Positions 51,248 to 64,000 of a DNA stretch of 64,000 nucleotides are shown here, piece by piece. The position numbers and the translations under genes are program-made. The stretch spans positions 29,202,001 through 29,266,000 of the forward strand of contig NC_134482.1 in assembly GCF_964194025.1 (NCBI RefSeq), written 5' to 3'. The notes under the pieces are model-generated. The model saw only the letters and a program-made list of their open reading frames with translations. It was not told the origin of the DNA and did no database searches. This stretch comes from Convolutriloba macropyga. Taxonomy: Eukaryota. Position 1 is the stretch's first letter, and every line of letters starts with the position of its first letter.

Positions 51248-51836
51248 TGTGATATAGTATGACTTATGTTGGATGGGGCTATCGATTTGGGTACCAAATC
51301 CTTTAAGTTCAGTCAATTTAATTTAGTTCAATTTCATTTAAATTTTTAGTTCTAATTGTTCATTTCCTGTTTGAAGATCAAATCTTCATCATTTCATGCT
51401 TGTTTAATTTGTTTACATATTTTACTGAAATCTTTGTCTGTTCATGTTGTCTAGAAATTCGGTTTGCCGCAATTTGTAAATTTTAGTTATGATCAAATTG
51501 TTGATCACATTTAGTTAATTTTAATTTCACCATTCTTCCTGAGTCTGAGTTCAAGTTTAGTTGCCTCTCTTTTTAATCTGAATTTCGCTCCGCAAATCAT
51601 TCAATTTTGCTATAGCAATTTAAGCCTCATTTCGCTAAGCGAAATACAAGTTGTAAGTTAGAGCTGAAATCGCTTCGCTAATTGCACACATATTTTGCAC
51701 TCAGAAAATTGGATTTCTAAAATACAAATTTAATAGCGAACTCGCTCCGCGAAATAGCCAATAATTCTAAACGACAAGTCTCCTAAATTGGCGGCGCTAA
51801 ATTCATTCTGAATACAGTAACAAATTCTGTGTGACA
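51248..51836 (+). repeat. 5' LTR
   Basis: tgtgatatag...tgtgtgaca. Roughly 5% diverged from the 3' LTR by eye. Confidence 0.95.
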
Positions 51837-52664
51837 TGGCACAGCCAGCTAGCGAATCTCGGAAGACACCGCTGTCAAAAGAGCCATTTTGGGAACCGCC
51901 TACTTCAGATCCTCCAATACGATGGGGAAAAGTGGCGCATTCACGTAAAACTTGCTATCCTTGCACGAGAGAACATCACAATAGATGCGCTTCTTCAACC
52001 GAAACCAACAAATGTACGACTACCAGTTGAGCTGAAATATGAGATGGCAATTGAAGATGCAACGGAAGATACGGAAAGAGACAGACAAATCAGGAACAGT
52101 CAATTGAAACCCCAATGGGAATAGAAATGCCAAAAGCTAACGGAGGCAAGTGTCTTATGCGAAGAACGACCGTGGCATCTATGTGAATAAAAATGTGTCT
52201 CACTCTTGTATTTTAGTATCGGAACAGAGGTTATAATCAGAAACATCTTCATCACTAACATGTTGAACGACTAAGATCAGAGCGAACTTCTTCGTGACAC
52301 AGTTGACCCAGGAAGAGCTCTCAGTATAGCTGTAAATATGGAGAAGGGTCATCAAAATCATCAACGTATTTCATCAAACAATAATAACAGCGCAACTGGC
52401 AGTGCAATAAACGCTATACAATCTTTCAATAGATTTCGCGGCTCGAATGCACGCGGAAATCAATCAGGCAGAGTAACAGTCAATCCAGCAGCGATTGGTC
52501 AATGTAGAGGATTTGGTCATGTTTGGACTACTACAAATCGTCATGTTTGCCCTGCTCTGGATAACAAATGTAATCACTGTGGTTTGCTCAATCACTTCGC
52601 AAAGGTATCTTCTCGTCAAGACAATCGCATTGATAACGTAGAAACTGCTGAATCTACAGAATAA
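51836..52664 (+). pseudogene. gag: gag remnant
   Basis: N-terminal PFWE...DPPI.W.KW (spanning a frameshift) and zinc knuckles CPALDNKCNHCGLLNHFAKV. Several stops and frameshifts. Confidence 0.8.
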
Positions 52665-52799
52665 ATTACACATTCTGAGAATCAATTTGTTAATTATATA
52701 AACTATAATGACCAATTCAACTCTGACTACGATTCTTTGGACAATAATAACGTTGCAACGGTAGAAAGTATTAACACACCGCCTATTGCACTGCAAAAT

Positions 52800-55700
52800 C
52801 TGACGATAACAATTGTAAATACAAATTGTCATTTGCTCCTTGATTCCGGAAGTGGTTGTACTATTATCAATATGTCACTCGCCAAATAAATAGTGTTTAA
52901 TGGTGCACAATCTCAATGGTCAGAGAAAAAACCACTCGAATTAAATTCTTTTCGAATGATATAGTCGATACATTAGGAACCCTAAAAACGCCAGTTCGTT
53001 GTAATGATTGGAAAACCAAAAAAGCCCAAAATAACTGTAGTAGCAGACGGATTTAGACCTATTATTGGACGTGATGTATTTGACCAATTGGAGATAACAA
53101 TTTCACAAAAGCCTTGCCCGAACATAGAAATCAAAAACATAGAAACACCTTGTGCAATAAAAAAATTGCAGGCAAAAGAATTTTCCGAACTAATCTCACG
53201 AAAAGGAAAATCGAACCACCATACAGTAAATTCAAAATTTCACAGAAATTATCGTGTCACGCATCAAAATAGGAGAAAAGTACCAATTCAACTTCAATCA
53301 AAAGTAAAAATCGAACTCGAAAAATTGTTAAATGAAGGACATATCGAAAAATTAACAAACTGTTCTGATCAGTTTTTCATATCTCCAATCGTTATAACAG
53401 TCAAAAAGGACCAATCAATCAAAATAGCATTAGACTCTAAAATCTTGAATAAATCTATTCACAATAACAAGTACCAGATGCCAAATATTGATTCGCTAAA
53501 TCAAAAGATTTCACAATCACTGTCAACAGCACCGCAAGAGACAGCTTATTTTACGACACTTGATTTGCAGTACGCTTATAGTCAATTAAATTTACTTAGT
53601 GATACGACCCACCATTTTAACTTTAATCTTGTAAGCTGAGATATGACCGACACTTATCGTTTCAAAACGGGATTTTACGGACTAACGGATATGCCAGCCG
53701 ATATTGAAAAAGCAATTGATTGTACACTGGCCGGCCTAACTAATACATTCTGCTTTTTAGACGATATACTGATAGTAAGTAGGGGCAGAATTGAACAACA
53801 TCTCGACGTTGTACGGAATTGCTTAAAAAAATTGTATCAAGAAAATGTCATTTTGCAAAAGATAAAATTGAATGGCTCGGACATAGCATCACTCAAACCG
53901 GAATAACACCATTATCGAATAAACCTGATGTAATCGAAAAATTATCATCACCTTCAAATCTCAATAAACTGCGGGCTTTCATGAGATCAGTCCATCATTT
54001 GGGCAAATTTTATCCCAATCTGTCGAAATTGTGTTATCCACTTAGACCTCTTCTTAAGAAAAATACAAAATTCATTTGGACAGATGAACATGAAGAACAA
54101 TTCAAGCTGATAAAATAGAAGATTGCTGAAACAACGGAAAATAAGCATTTTAATCCCGACCTAGAAACACGTCTAAAATGTGATGCCTCACGTAAAATTT
54201 TGGGTTGTGCATTAGACCAAAGAAATCCAAGCGGTTGGCACACCGTGGCTTTTGCATCACGATTTTTAAATTTCGCATCAGAGAATTCGAACTGTTAGGT
54301 GTTGTCTGGTCTATTGAACATTTCAAGTACTATCTCTATGGTAAGCCATTGACTGTAATAACTGACCAGAGGGCTTTGCTTTCGATCAAAATAGAAAATA
54401 GAGCCAACAAATTTTATAATAGTTGACTCAAACGTTGGGTCGATAGATTATTACCTTTTGTTGTTACGATCGATCATCTTGGATCAAAAATGGGCCTCGT
54501 TGACAATATCTCTCGCGACCAACAAAAAAAAGCTGTTAAAATATCTGCTTATGACGAGCAATTCAGAGTTACTAAATTGGACGTGATTAAACGCAGCGCG
54601 AAACGCTTCTTATTAAAGGCTGAGAATTACATCAATTTTGCAGCGCGAAATCCGCTTATAAAACAAGCCTCAAATACCCCACATTCCATTAACAAATTAT
54701 GCAGTGAATTCGCGCCGCGAAATCCAGAATATTCTGCAATTACGGAAAATGAAAATACAATTAGCAAATTAGCAGCAAATAACTCAAATTCTAATATCCA
54801 AATCGAGACAGCAAAAATTCCACACTCGCTTTTTGCCTTAAATCACTCTACAAAACAGTCGACCAATAATTTAAATAATTTTCAACGAATCGCAAGTAAA
54901 TTTCAAAGTGTACTCATGATGTCAAACTCCGACGATGAAACTCTAATGCAAGTGAAGCACTCAACACCATCTAAGGTCAGATTTGCAGACGAGGCAGGTC
55001 CTTCCATGGCTCCCGCAGTGCCAGCAACACCCTCAACGCCCAATAGAGACACTACTATGGACGCCTTTAATATCGCACTGTCCAAAATTTTTTCAAATAC
55101 CCTGATGGCAAGCCTGACTTCTAAGGACGCGATTCTCAAAGAGATCAGGGACTGCGTCCTCACAGAAAAAGAGGACAGATGCAAACAGATTTCCCCATAC
55201 ATTCATAGTTTTTGAAAGGACTTGCATGTCAAGAATGGATGTGTGTGCATCGACGACCGCATTGCAATACCGAATTCGATCAAGGACGCCTATGCGGAGG
55301 CAATTCATGCAACACACCCAGGAAGCTGGGGAATGACGGAAATGGCGAAACATGCATGGTGGCCGTACATGCGTCGTGATATCGTAACAAAAAGGGCAAA
55401 GTGCAATCCCTGTGTCAAAAATGGTAAAAACTTTAAAGTCTTTTATTCCCACTAGCAAATCGGCACCGTTAAAACTATGCAAAGTACCAACTGAAGGAGT
55501 TCAAAATCATTTTGGCGGACCAATCTATAATGAAAAGAATCAAGAAGTTTACTTCATTGCATGCATAGATCGATTTTCTAAATTTCCGACAGCTGAGGTA
55601 TTTGATAGCTCAAATGCAGATAATTTTTTGAAATTTCTTCAAGAATATGTTTTGCTACACGGAATACCTCGTTCTATTAGATTAGACCAAGCGCGATGCC

Positions 55701-57127
55701 AAACTGTATGTAATCAAAATTATCTGAAGCTCCAATACACGACCACAGAGCAATCGGACTTGTTGAAAGCTAATTCAAACAACCAAGAACCGCTTAGCTT
55801 GTATTAAAACGGCGGCGCAAAATGAATTTATTTTGAAAGCACCGATAAATTCTATTATTTACCAACTACGTATATGTCGCCAAAGACTATAAATATATCG
55901 CCATTTGAAGCACACTTTGGCAGAAAAGCGAATACTCCATTAAGTAATATCTCAACTGAACTTGATCCTAGTAGTCTCACATATAAAAGAATATTGAATA
56001 AATATTTAGACCTGGAGACAGTCCGTTGGGATGAGCTAATCTCGGAGGACAACTGGGACAAAGAGGCCAGAAGCGACATTGAGTGGGAACACAATCGTGA
56101 CAGAATGAGAAAAGATGCAACAAGACGAGGCAACGTGGATCCTGACAGGGAAACTCAAGTAATCCCTCATCCAGATGTTGGTCTGGCAGTGCCACGAACG
56201 GAGGCTTCTCTCACAGTCAAGCTGGCAAAGAAAAAGCCAAAGAACAAAAGGTCGAAGAAAAGCCTTTTTGGTCTCTATGAGGTTTTGGCGCCTGGATCTT
56301 CAGTTATCAAAACAGACATCTTCACATCAGTCATCAAAGAACCGGGGAAGCGAGAAGTTACATTTCGCAACTCTGATTTGGCAAAATTTGGGACAAAGGC
56401 AGAACGCCAAACAGAATTGCAAATCTATGCTAGCAGGAGGCCGAAACTACCGTCAGGCAAGATAACGGAGGACTTGATTAATCAGAATGCGAGAGAGGCA
56501 AAGAAAAAGTGAGAGGGAAATAAGAAGATGAAACATAAAAATATTGCAGACGATGTTAGCGCCGTTTCATCAATTCACTCCAATGTAACTAGAGCGTTGC
56601 GAGTACGATGCGATGCCGGTCAAACCAAAGAGAACTGTAGTACCCACACCGCCACAGCCACCAACTGAAAATATATCTGATTTCGCGCCACAATGGAGCT
56701 TCCACTTACGTCAATCGTAATCGCGGAGCCACCCACGAGGCCCAAAAGGAAAGCAGCAACAAAATCTAGTGAAGCTCTCCAGCCAATTCAAAAGCGAAAA
56801 AGATCCTCCCCGTCAATTACAGAATCCGATGAGTCTCTAGCCTCAACCCAAACATGCCCGCCAACTATTTCATCGTCATCTGCACCCTCGCGTCAAAAAC
56901 GACGACAATTGATAAAACAAACGCAAATCCAAAACAAGTCAATTGTCTCTACAATTCAGAAAACTGCGGCCAAAAGTCAGAATGTAGAGTGCGATTATAC
57001 AGTAGGCCCTTGTTCTCCAGTGCAAACATACCCGACCCAATGCTCTATTTCGCCGAATTATGAGGGGCCAGAAACATCTATGACTGTTGGTGAGGCGGAA
57101 AGGCTATATGAAAGCGATTCTGATTAG
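52800..57127 (+). pseudogene. pol: pol remnant (protease, RT, RNase H, integrase, long C-terminal tail)
   Basis: LLLDSGS (~52833), SPIVITVKK, TTLDLQYAYSQ, FLDDIL (~53754), CDAS, ELLGVVW...TDQRAL, H..HPG...WWP...C..C, IDRFSKF. Many disablements. Confidence 0.9.
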
Positions 57128-57226
57128 TACTTATATAAACACTACATTATTATTTACGGTAACCAGCATATATGTTATTGATTTTTTGATAAACCACTTC
57201 GTCGTTTATTTTTGTCGAGGGGGAAA

Positions 57227-57815
57227 TGAGATATAGCCTGACTTATGTTGGAGGGGGCTATCGATTTGGGTACCAAATCCTTTGATTTCAGTTAATTTAA
57301 TTTAGTTCATTTTCATTTAAATTTTTAGTTCTAATTGTTCAATTCCTGTTTGAAGATCAAATCTTCTTCATTTCATGCTTGTTCAATTTGTTTACATATT
57401 TTACTGAAATCTTTGTCTGTTCATGTTGTCTAGTAATTCGGTTTGCCGCAATTTGTGAATTTTAGTTATGACCAAATTGTTGATCACATTCAGTTAATTT
57501 TAATTTCACCATCCTTCCTGAGTCTGAGTTCAAGTTTAGTTGCCTCTCTTTTTAATCTGAATTTCGCTCCGCAAATCATTCAATTTTGCTATAGCAATTT
57601 AAGCCTCATTTCGCTAAGCGAAATACAAGTTGTAAGTTAGAGCTAAATTCGCGTCGCTAATTGCACACACATTTTGCACTCAGAAAATTGGATTTCTAAA
57701 ATACAAGTTTAATAGCGAATTCGCTCCGCGAAATAGCCAATAATTCTAGACGACAAATCTCCTAATTTGGCACCGCGTAATTCATTCTGAATACAGTAAC
57801 AAATTCTGTATGACA
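57227..57815 (+). repeat. 3' LTR
   Basis: tgagatatag...tgtatgaca, directly after the PPT and followed by the TSD. Confidence 0.95.
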
Positions 57816-58362
57816 GAGGCCTAAAAATCATTACGTTTAGTCCAACCTAAGTTTAAGTGTTCTCCTATTTCTTTCAACACCAATTTTTTAATAGTTTTGA
57901 TCATGATAATCTCTTTGACAGGCACTCTTTGTAAGCAGACTTAAAGAGAAGAAAGGCTGCAAGTACTTCTACAATTATAATCATGGCGTCAACACAGAGA
58001 CCGTTTTTTTTGGTTTGCTTTCAAACAGGTAGCAATTACAGTTCCCAGTAGATGGGCAATGGTTACTTGTGCACAAATTTTTTCTGCAACAATTTTTGAT
58101 AACTCCTGTATGTGTTTAATTTTCTGCTGCATAAGATTATGTTTATTCATGAAAGCAATTTTCAGCCAGAGGTTTCTGATAAATGGGGTGAATGGCATAA
58201 CTTGGAAGATACGTAACTTTATTTGACTTGCTTTATGATGATTTGGTTGCAACACTTTCTTTTAAAAGATTTTCTGCGCAATTCCCTTGCTGCACGAGGT
58301 TGCAAGGAGAGCATAATAAGTCTATTTTGAGCTGTCAAAGATGTAGACGATTTTTATTCCAA

Positions 58363-58448
58363 TTGCTAAGCAGTTGGACTGTTCTGAACTTTATGTCGGC
58401 AAATTAATTTGCCGACATAAAGTTGCGAAGCGTCCAACTGCTTAGCAA
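58363..58448. repeat. 86-bp palindrome with a perfect 38-bp spacerless core (58387-58424)
   Basis: ttgctaagcagttggac...aactttatgtcggcaaatt|aatttgccgacataaagtt...gtccaactgcttagcaa. Confidence 0.9.
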
Positions 58449-59454
58449 ACGTTTGTAGGATAACGATTTCCAGATTTCTATTTTAATAATAGTTTCTTTC
58501 TCTATTGTCCGTAATAGCTGCTTAGTTTACAACAAATTGAAAAAACAAAAATTTGCGGACTAAAATTTTTCAGTGAAATTTTTCACAACTGAGTAAGTAA
58601 TTATTTTATTTATTTTCAATAATTGTTTTTCAAAACTAGTCTTAACATTTTTCTTAAAAGTACCTGAGGCTCCATTATTTACTGGAATGATTTTTCTGGC
58701 CTGTATTCGTATGTAAAATCTCTAGTAATATTGTTTTTGAGGAATTGTGTAATTCCTGTCATTCCTTTGAAACAAAATTTACCATAAACTATGTTTTTAA
58801 AATTTCCAAAAGTTCTGAGGACTCAGTAGTATGGCTTTAAAAATTTTTCCAAAAAACAGCAAAGCACTGCTCTAAAATTAAAATTGCCTTCTCTGGTAAT
58901 TGCTTGTTTCGTTTCTGATTATACTTGAATTTCTTTTTACTTGATAAACTTACACATTACGACCTGTTAGGTTTTTCAATTTTTTCTGGTAAGTACAGGC
59001 ACTTCGTTTCAACTAAATAGAGAAAATTGTCCGTTTCATTTCATTTCCTTCTAATTTTCTATTGTGAATGATAGAACTGTGATAGAGTTATGACATTATA
59101 GCTATAATTCTCTCCTTTTACTTTGTTCTTTTTATACTAGACGACTGTCATAATTTGATTATGTTCGACGAACGGACGGAGCACAGTAATATGTGGGTGG
59201 CACATTTTTTGTCAACTCAGAAAAACAATCTTCCTGTCACCAGAAACGTTTTCGTTACATCCTGCTAAGAATCTTGCGCAAAAGTTAACGAGTCTGATAG
59301 CCTGCCACGTGCTTTTATAAGATACCTTATCGGCCGCCGAAAAAATATGTCAGCTCTTTATGCCCATTTTGTGACCTGTTTGCAACTTATGTGGCCAAAC
59401 CTAAGGTATTGACCGCGGGACAGTTATTGACCGCGGGAAAGAGCAGAGTAGGAG

Positions 59455-59680
59455 AGTAGTATAAAAGGATGACAGGGGTCTCAACGGGGGGGGGGGGGGG
59501 GGGGGGGACTATGTATCAAGAGTTAGAATACGCTAAGTGTCCCCACTAGGAGGGACACTTTTGAGATATTCTCCGCAACGCAATTTTTTCTGTCTAATTA
59601 CACTTAACGCATTCTAATCTTAATACATAGTCCCACCCCCCCCCCCCCCGTTGAGAGCCCTGTCAGCTTTTTGTACTACT
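59455..59680. mobile_element. Miniature Polinton/Maverick-like foldback element (226 bp)
   Basis: ~81-86-bp TIRs starting AGTAGT and ending ACTACT, with poly-G/poly-C tracts. Exact 6-bp TSD TAGGAG at 59449-59454 and 59681-59686. Confidence 0.75.
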
Positions 59681-60913
59681 TAGGAGTTAAAATGATCCCA
59701 GATCTGAACTCTTCAAAACTAACAAAAATTAAGTCAAAAGGAAAGGTCTTCGTTTTGAAAAATTATACTCTAAAGTAAAAGTTATAGTTATTGGCAGAAC
59801 TTTGTTCTGTAAGCTTTTTTGATTTTTCCAAACGTTTTAAAACATAGCATGCATTTTTGGTGATAAACCTGCAATTCACAGCGGTTAAAGTGATGCGGTG
59901 TAATGTTCAAAGAGCTGATTTATATCAATTCATCATTACCATACAACCATTTTAATTCCGCGGTTTTTAAAGCAAGAAGCATAAACCATTTTCCTTTCAT
60001 GTACTCGAGGTCAATATTTTCCATCAAAGAGTTAACTTAGAGTTAGCCGGTAAATAATTGAAGTGGTCCCAAATACAATATGTGGAACATTTGCACCAAA
60101 TGACTGGACTTCTTTTTAACTTTTATCAAACTCTTTCCAGTAACGTAAAAAAAATTGAAAAATTGGCTGAGAAAAATGCCCAAATATTCTACCGTTTTAA
60201 TATTTTTGTCAGTCTTTTTTACAGGTAAATTCATTAGATTCGCAAAACCTTATGCAACCAGATCTTTTTGAAGTAAACATGTAAACTATTCTGATTATAA
60301 ACCTCAGGTTGTAAATCTACATTCTTTAAAATATTAAATAATTTTAATTTTTATTAACAGTATTAGTATTGTTATTATAAAATCTTAAAATGTGGTTGAT
60401 CTTACAGCTTAATTTACAAAAGTGAACTCTCATATTTGTCTGTTAACGGGTATTATCTTGTGCTGATCCAGCAAAAACTTAGTGAAAAGATTTTTAAAAC
60501 AAGTTTTAGTTTAAAATGTTTTTAAGAGTTAAAATTTTTTTCTATTTTTGAACGTTTTTCAGGATCAAAAACCTGTTACGCCGTTTTGTTTTTGATCTCC
60601 TTTTTTATAAAAATTTGATTTGTCGGTTGGGCTTCTCAGTTTTCAGGCGAATGGTAAAATTTTTAGTTAGTTTTTGGATCTTCCCTAGTGCCTTATATCT
60701 GTTTGAAGTTTCAGCTAAACATTTCGGCTAGAAACATAAGATCTTTTATGAGAAGATCAGTGGGGCGGTTAAATTGTTGTCGAAAAATAGCAAACTTTTG
60801 TTCTCCAGTTAGTTACCTGTTACTGCCGTTTACAGTTCTTGCGTTACAAGGTTGAAAATATATTCCGCTAAAAGAAAGATGAGAGAGTTACAGTTTATTA
60901 CAAAGAACGACTT

Positions 60914-60978
60914 TTCTATTTAGAGATTTAGAATTCTATTTAGAGATTTGTTTTTCTATTTAGAGATTTAGAATTCTA
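60914..60978. repeat. Short minisatellite (~20-bp unit ttctatttagagatttagaa, about 3 copies)
   Basis: Direct reading of the sequence. Confidence 0.8.
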
Positions 60979-61925
60979 TCAGAGTTCTTGCCACCCTAAA
61001 GCTAACCTGACTTAATGGTTCAAGTTTAGTGTCTGTAATGGGATAATCGATGCACAATTAGAAGAGAGGAGGGGAAACAATGAAATAATAAATTCAAACT
61101 AAAACACATGCAAAATCAAGTTCAAATACATTAAAACTTAGTGTTGCTGAGGTGTCTTTTAAACATAACGGATTGAAACAGATGGACAACATCTATGATT
61201 TCTCACTCATCGATTGAGTACGAGTGAAAACATTGAAAATATAGATGTACGAGAAGAGAAAAATCATAAGCAATAAGAATTTCTCTAAAAAGTAATAAAA
61301 ATGGACGAAAAGATGACACGAAATACATTAGAGCAAGCGTTAACAAAATCTTATCACAAAGAGATATGATAAAATATTCCAGTTTTATTGATAGGTATAA
61401 ATTGTGAAGTTCAAATATAAAAAAAACTCCATTAAAATTAATAATAGAGTAGAATTACTCAAGTTTGAAATAAAAGATTGCCACGGTGGATTATATTAAG
61501 AGTTGATTAAAGTATCATAAACAAATTTTAGACATAAATTTTGAATCTGCAGCAACTAAATAAAGAGATTTTTAATAATGACAGATCAAATAAAAAAGTT
61601 TCCAGGTTACACTATCAGTTATTGGCTTGAAACTTTTCGAAACAAAACAAATTTTTAGAGAGTAAATTGTCATATACTTTAAAAGTTGATATTTGTCCTG
61701 CTGATTGAACTCACAGACCTTGATGTGGACAAAATAAAAAAAATCGGTTTAAACTAACAGTTATCTATACACTTACATTCGATGGTACGGATCTTCCATT
61801 AAGAATTAAATTAGGTGTAAAAAAAGCATTTTAAACATTGTTCAATAGCCGAGCTTATACCAAGCTGCGGGTAGATGGAAAATTAAATACATACATTGAA
61901 TTAAATAACTTTCATTCAGTACTCA

Positions 61926-62308
61926 CCCGGGTAAACCAAAAGTTGTTATCCTAGAACTTTCCTCTTATGGATCCTTAATGTCATAGACGAAAAAAGTTGT
62001 ACGAAAATGGTAGGGTTACAACTTTCCCATAAAGGAAAGTTCTATGGTTACAACGTTATCATAAAGGAAAGTTCTATGACTACAAAGTAAGTACGGTATA
62101 ACTGAAAAGAAACTTTTTCCAATTTTTTTCTTACTAATTTTTTGAAACAAAGTATTTGTGCTTTGTTTTAGCCGTGTTCATCATTTCTCTGAAAATTTGT
62201 TAATTTACAACTTTCATAATATGAAAGTGTTAGGATTACAACTTTTCATAGACGACATAATAGGAAGTTGCAATTTTACAACTTTTTCAATTATTACGCC
62301 AACCCGGG
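61926..62308. mobile_element. CCCGGGT-terminated MITE (383 bp)
   Basis: cccgggt / acccggg termini, CA on both sides, and repeated ttacaacttt / aaagttg subterminal motifs. Confidence 0.7.
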
Positions 62309-62707
62309 CAAGCTTCATAAGAAAAAATTTAGAATATACTAACCGCTTTAAAAACAGCTTTTATCGGAAAAAACCTCAAGAAAAATGTTCGACAAGCAAA
62401 AATTGTTAACGATTAAAGTGACAGGCAAAATTAATCAATTGATGCAGCAGTACCATATAAAAGCAGAGTTGTGCTGACTGACTGACTGACGGATCAAATC
62501 AAGACACACAGAGAAAGAGGAATAGACTAACATTAAAAGAAACCACTCCTGGAAAAAAACGACCATTTTGGACGGAGTGACACTCATGTTTTCAGAAACG
62601 AACTTACTCCAATAGAAAAATAAGATGCCGTGAACAAGAAGTATTGCAATAACATCTTAACAAATTCCCAAAAATAAAAATCAAAAGATACCAAAAAAGC
62701 AATTTCA

Positions 62708-64000
62708 TTTTCGTAAGAAATGCGGTGAAATGCGGTGAAAAAAAAATTTCACCGGGTATTTCTTACATTTTTTGCGGTGAATGAGGTGAATCGCGGCGAG
62801 TTATTTATTCCCAGTGCTCGAACCCACGACATCCACGCCAAGTCCACGCAAGATCTTGGATTTCCACGATACCAATTCCAACTCCACGCAAGATTTTGGA
62901 TTCTTCAAGAACCACACGAGGGTTTCCAGAATCTTGGCAGGAACTTGCGTGGTTTTCCAAGTTTTACTTTTTTTACGAATGCTTCTTTTTTACCCCAAAA
63001 TTACTCAGAAAGACAAAACTTAGAAAAAAAAAACATTTTTTTTCGAGCCCACAGCATTTCTACGTCAAGTTTTCGGAAATTCCTGGTAACAATAGTTGTT
63101 ACCTTGGGATCAATTGAGCAGTCACTCCCACTGCTCTTAACATTTCACTGAGCAATTTCCTGTTCTGTTCAAAAAACCTGGAAAATACACTCGAAGATTT
63201 GTGAGATCTTGGGTTCCCAAGGCAACGCTTACAGGAACCACAGTTTTTCCTGGAAAACAGACTTTCTTGATTTTGCCGTCTTTTCTATCCCAGAAACGAC
63301 TTGAAATGATTATCGACAACGTCATTCACAATAAATTAGCTTTTTCTCCAGTTTCCAAGAAAATTCAGAGAAACACGCCAAGAATTGCAACATCTTGGGT
63401 TCCCACGCCAAGACTTCCAAGAACCTTAGTATTTCCTGGAAGGGTGATCTTCTTGGTTTTTCTGCTTTTTTAACCCAGAAAAGCCCTTTAAAAGTAAGCA
63501 CAACGTTATTCTGCAATAAATAACCATTCTCCCTAGTTTGCAAAAAATCTTGGGAAAACACGCCAAGACTTCCCAGATCTTGGATTCCCACGCGAGCGTT
63601 TCGAAGTACGTGCAAGGTCCACGCGAGCGTTTCTAAGATCTTGGCAAGATCTTGCAAGTCCTCGCGTGGTTTTCGCAGGATCTTGGAAGTCCTTGCGTGG
63701 GGTCGCGCACTGGGTTATCACCGCGTTCAGCATGCCTTCAACTGCGTATTACATCGCGCCAACTCTCGCCTACTTCCTTGATATTTCTCGTGAATTTGAA
63801 TCAGATTGAGTAAACGTTGGTAAGCAACTGCGCGAATTGTTGTAAGAAATGCGGTGAATTTCGCGGTGAATTTTTGTAAGAAATGCGGTGAAATGTGGTG
63901 AAATTTTTTTTCACCGAATTCACCGCTTTCACCGCATTTCTCACATTTGTTTGCCAAAAAAGTTGATGCTGTAAATTTTTGTAAGAATGAGGTGAATTTT
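62708..64000 (+). mobile_element. GCGGTGAA-family MITE, copy 3, interrupted by a nested element and running off the window
   Basis: 62708-62809 matches 2045-2147, and the match resumes at ~63717 (atcaccgcgttc). The left TIR was not seen. Confidence 0.8.
62810..63714. mobile_element. Nested CCCAGTGC-terminated MITE (905 bp)
   Basis: TIR cccagtgctcgaacccacg versus cccagtgcgcgaccccacg (17/19), TT on both sides, and agatcttgg / caagatcttgcaag subterminal repeats. Confidence 0.85.

Larger units (their letters stand above)
51248..57815 (+). mobile_element. Full-length but decayed Ty3/Gypsy LTR retrotransposon (Mag-like)
   Basis: Two 589-bp TG...CA LTRs, a 5-bp TSD GAGGC (51243-51247, 57816-57820), a PBS starting TGG at 51837, a PPT gagggggaaa at 57217-57226, and domain order gag-PR-RT-RH-INT. 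Confidence 0.95.

Noticed and set aside
57900-61800. Host gene exons or decayed coding sequence in the right flank (also 3500-3850 and 50400-51000)
   Set aside because: The ORFs are short, lack recognisable motifs and give no consistent splice model.

Overview
This is AT-rich eukaryotic (probably metazoan) repeat-dominated DNA, with no confidently identifiable host gene, RNA gene or CRISPR array. The centre is one ~33.4 kb DNA transposon (14075-47473) bounded by CCCTAGTCGA...TCGACTAGGG inverted termini with TCTTGCAAGA subterminal repeats. It carries a ~537-bp satellite array on the left arm and a GC-rich ~595-bp array on the right arm. Between them is a co-oriented gene cassette: two paralogous BEN-like genes (one visible only after splicing), a SUV4-20-like SET domain fused in frame to a CMC/EnSpm-type DDE transposase, and an SGNH hydrolase. 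Seven copies of a hairpin with a conserved 12-nt loop and covarying stems punctuate the cassette. The flanks hold several CCC...GGG MITEs with 2-bp TSDs, a decayed full-length Ty3/Gypsy element (589-bp LTRs, GAGGC TSD), a 226-bp Polinton-like miniature with a 6-bp TSD, and local duplications. All protein family calls come from motif recognition by eye, not from searches.
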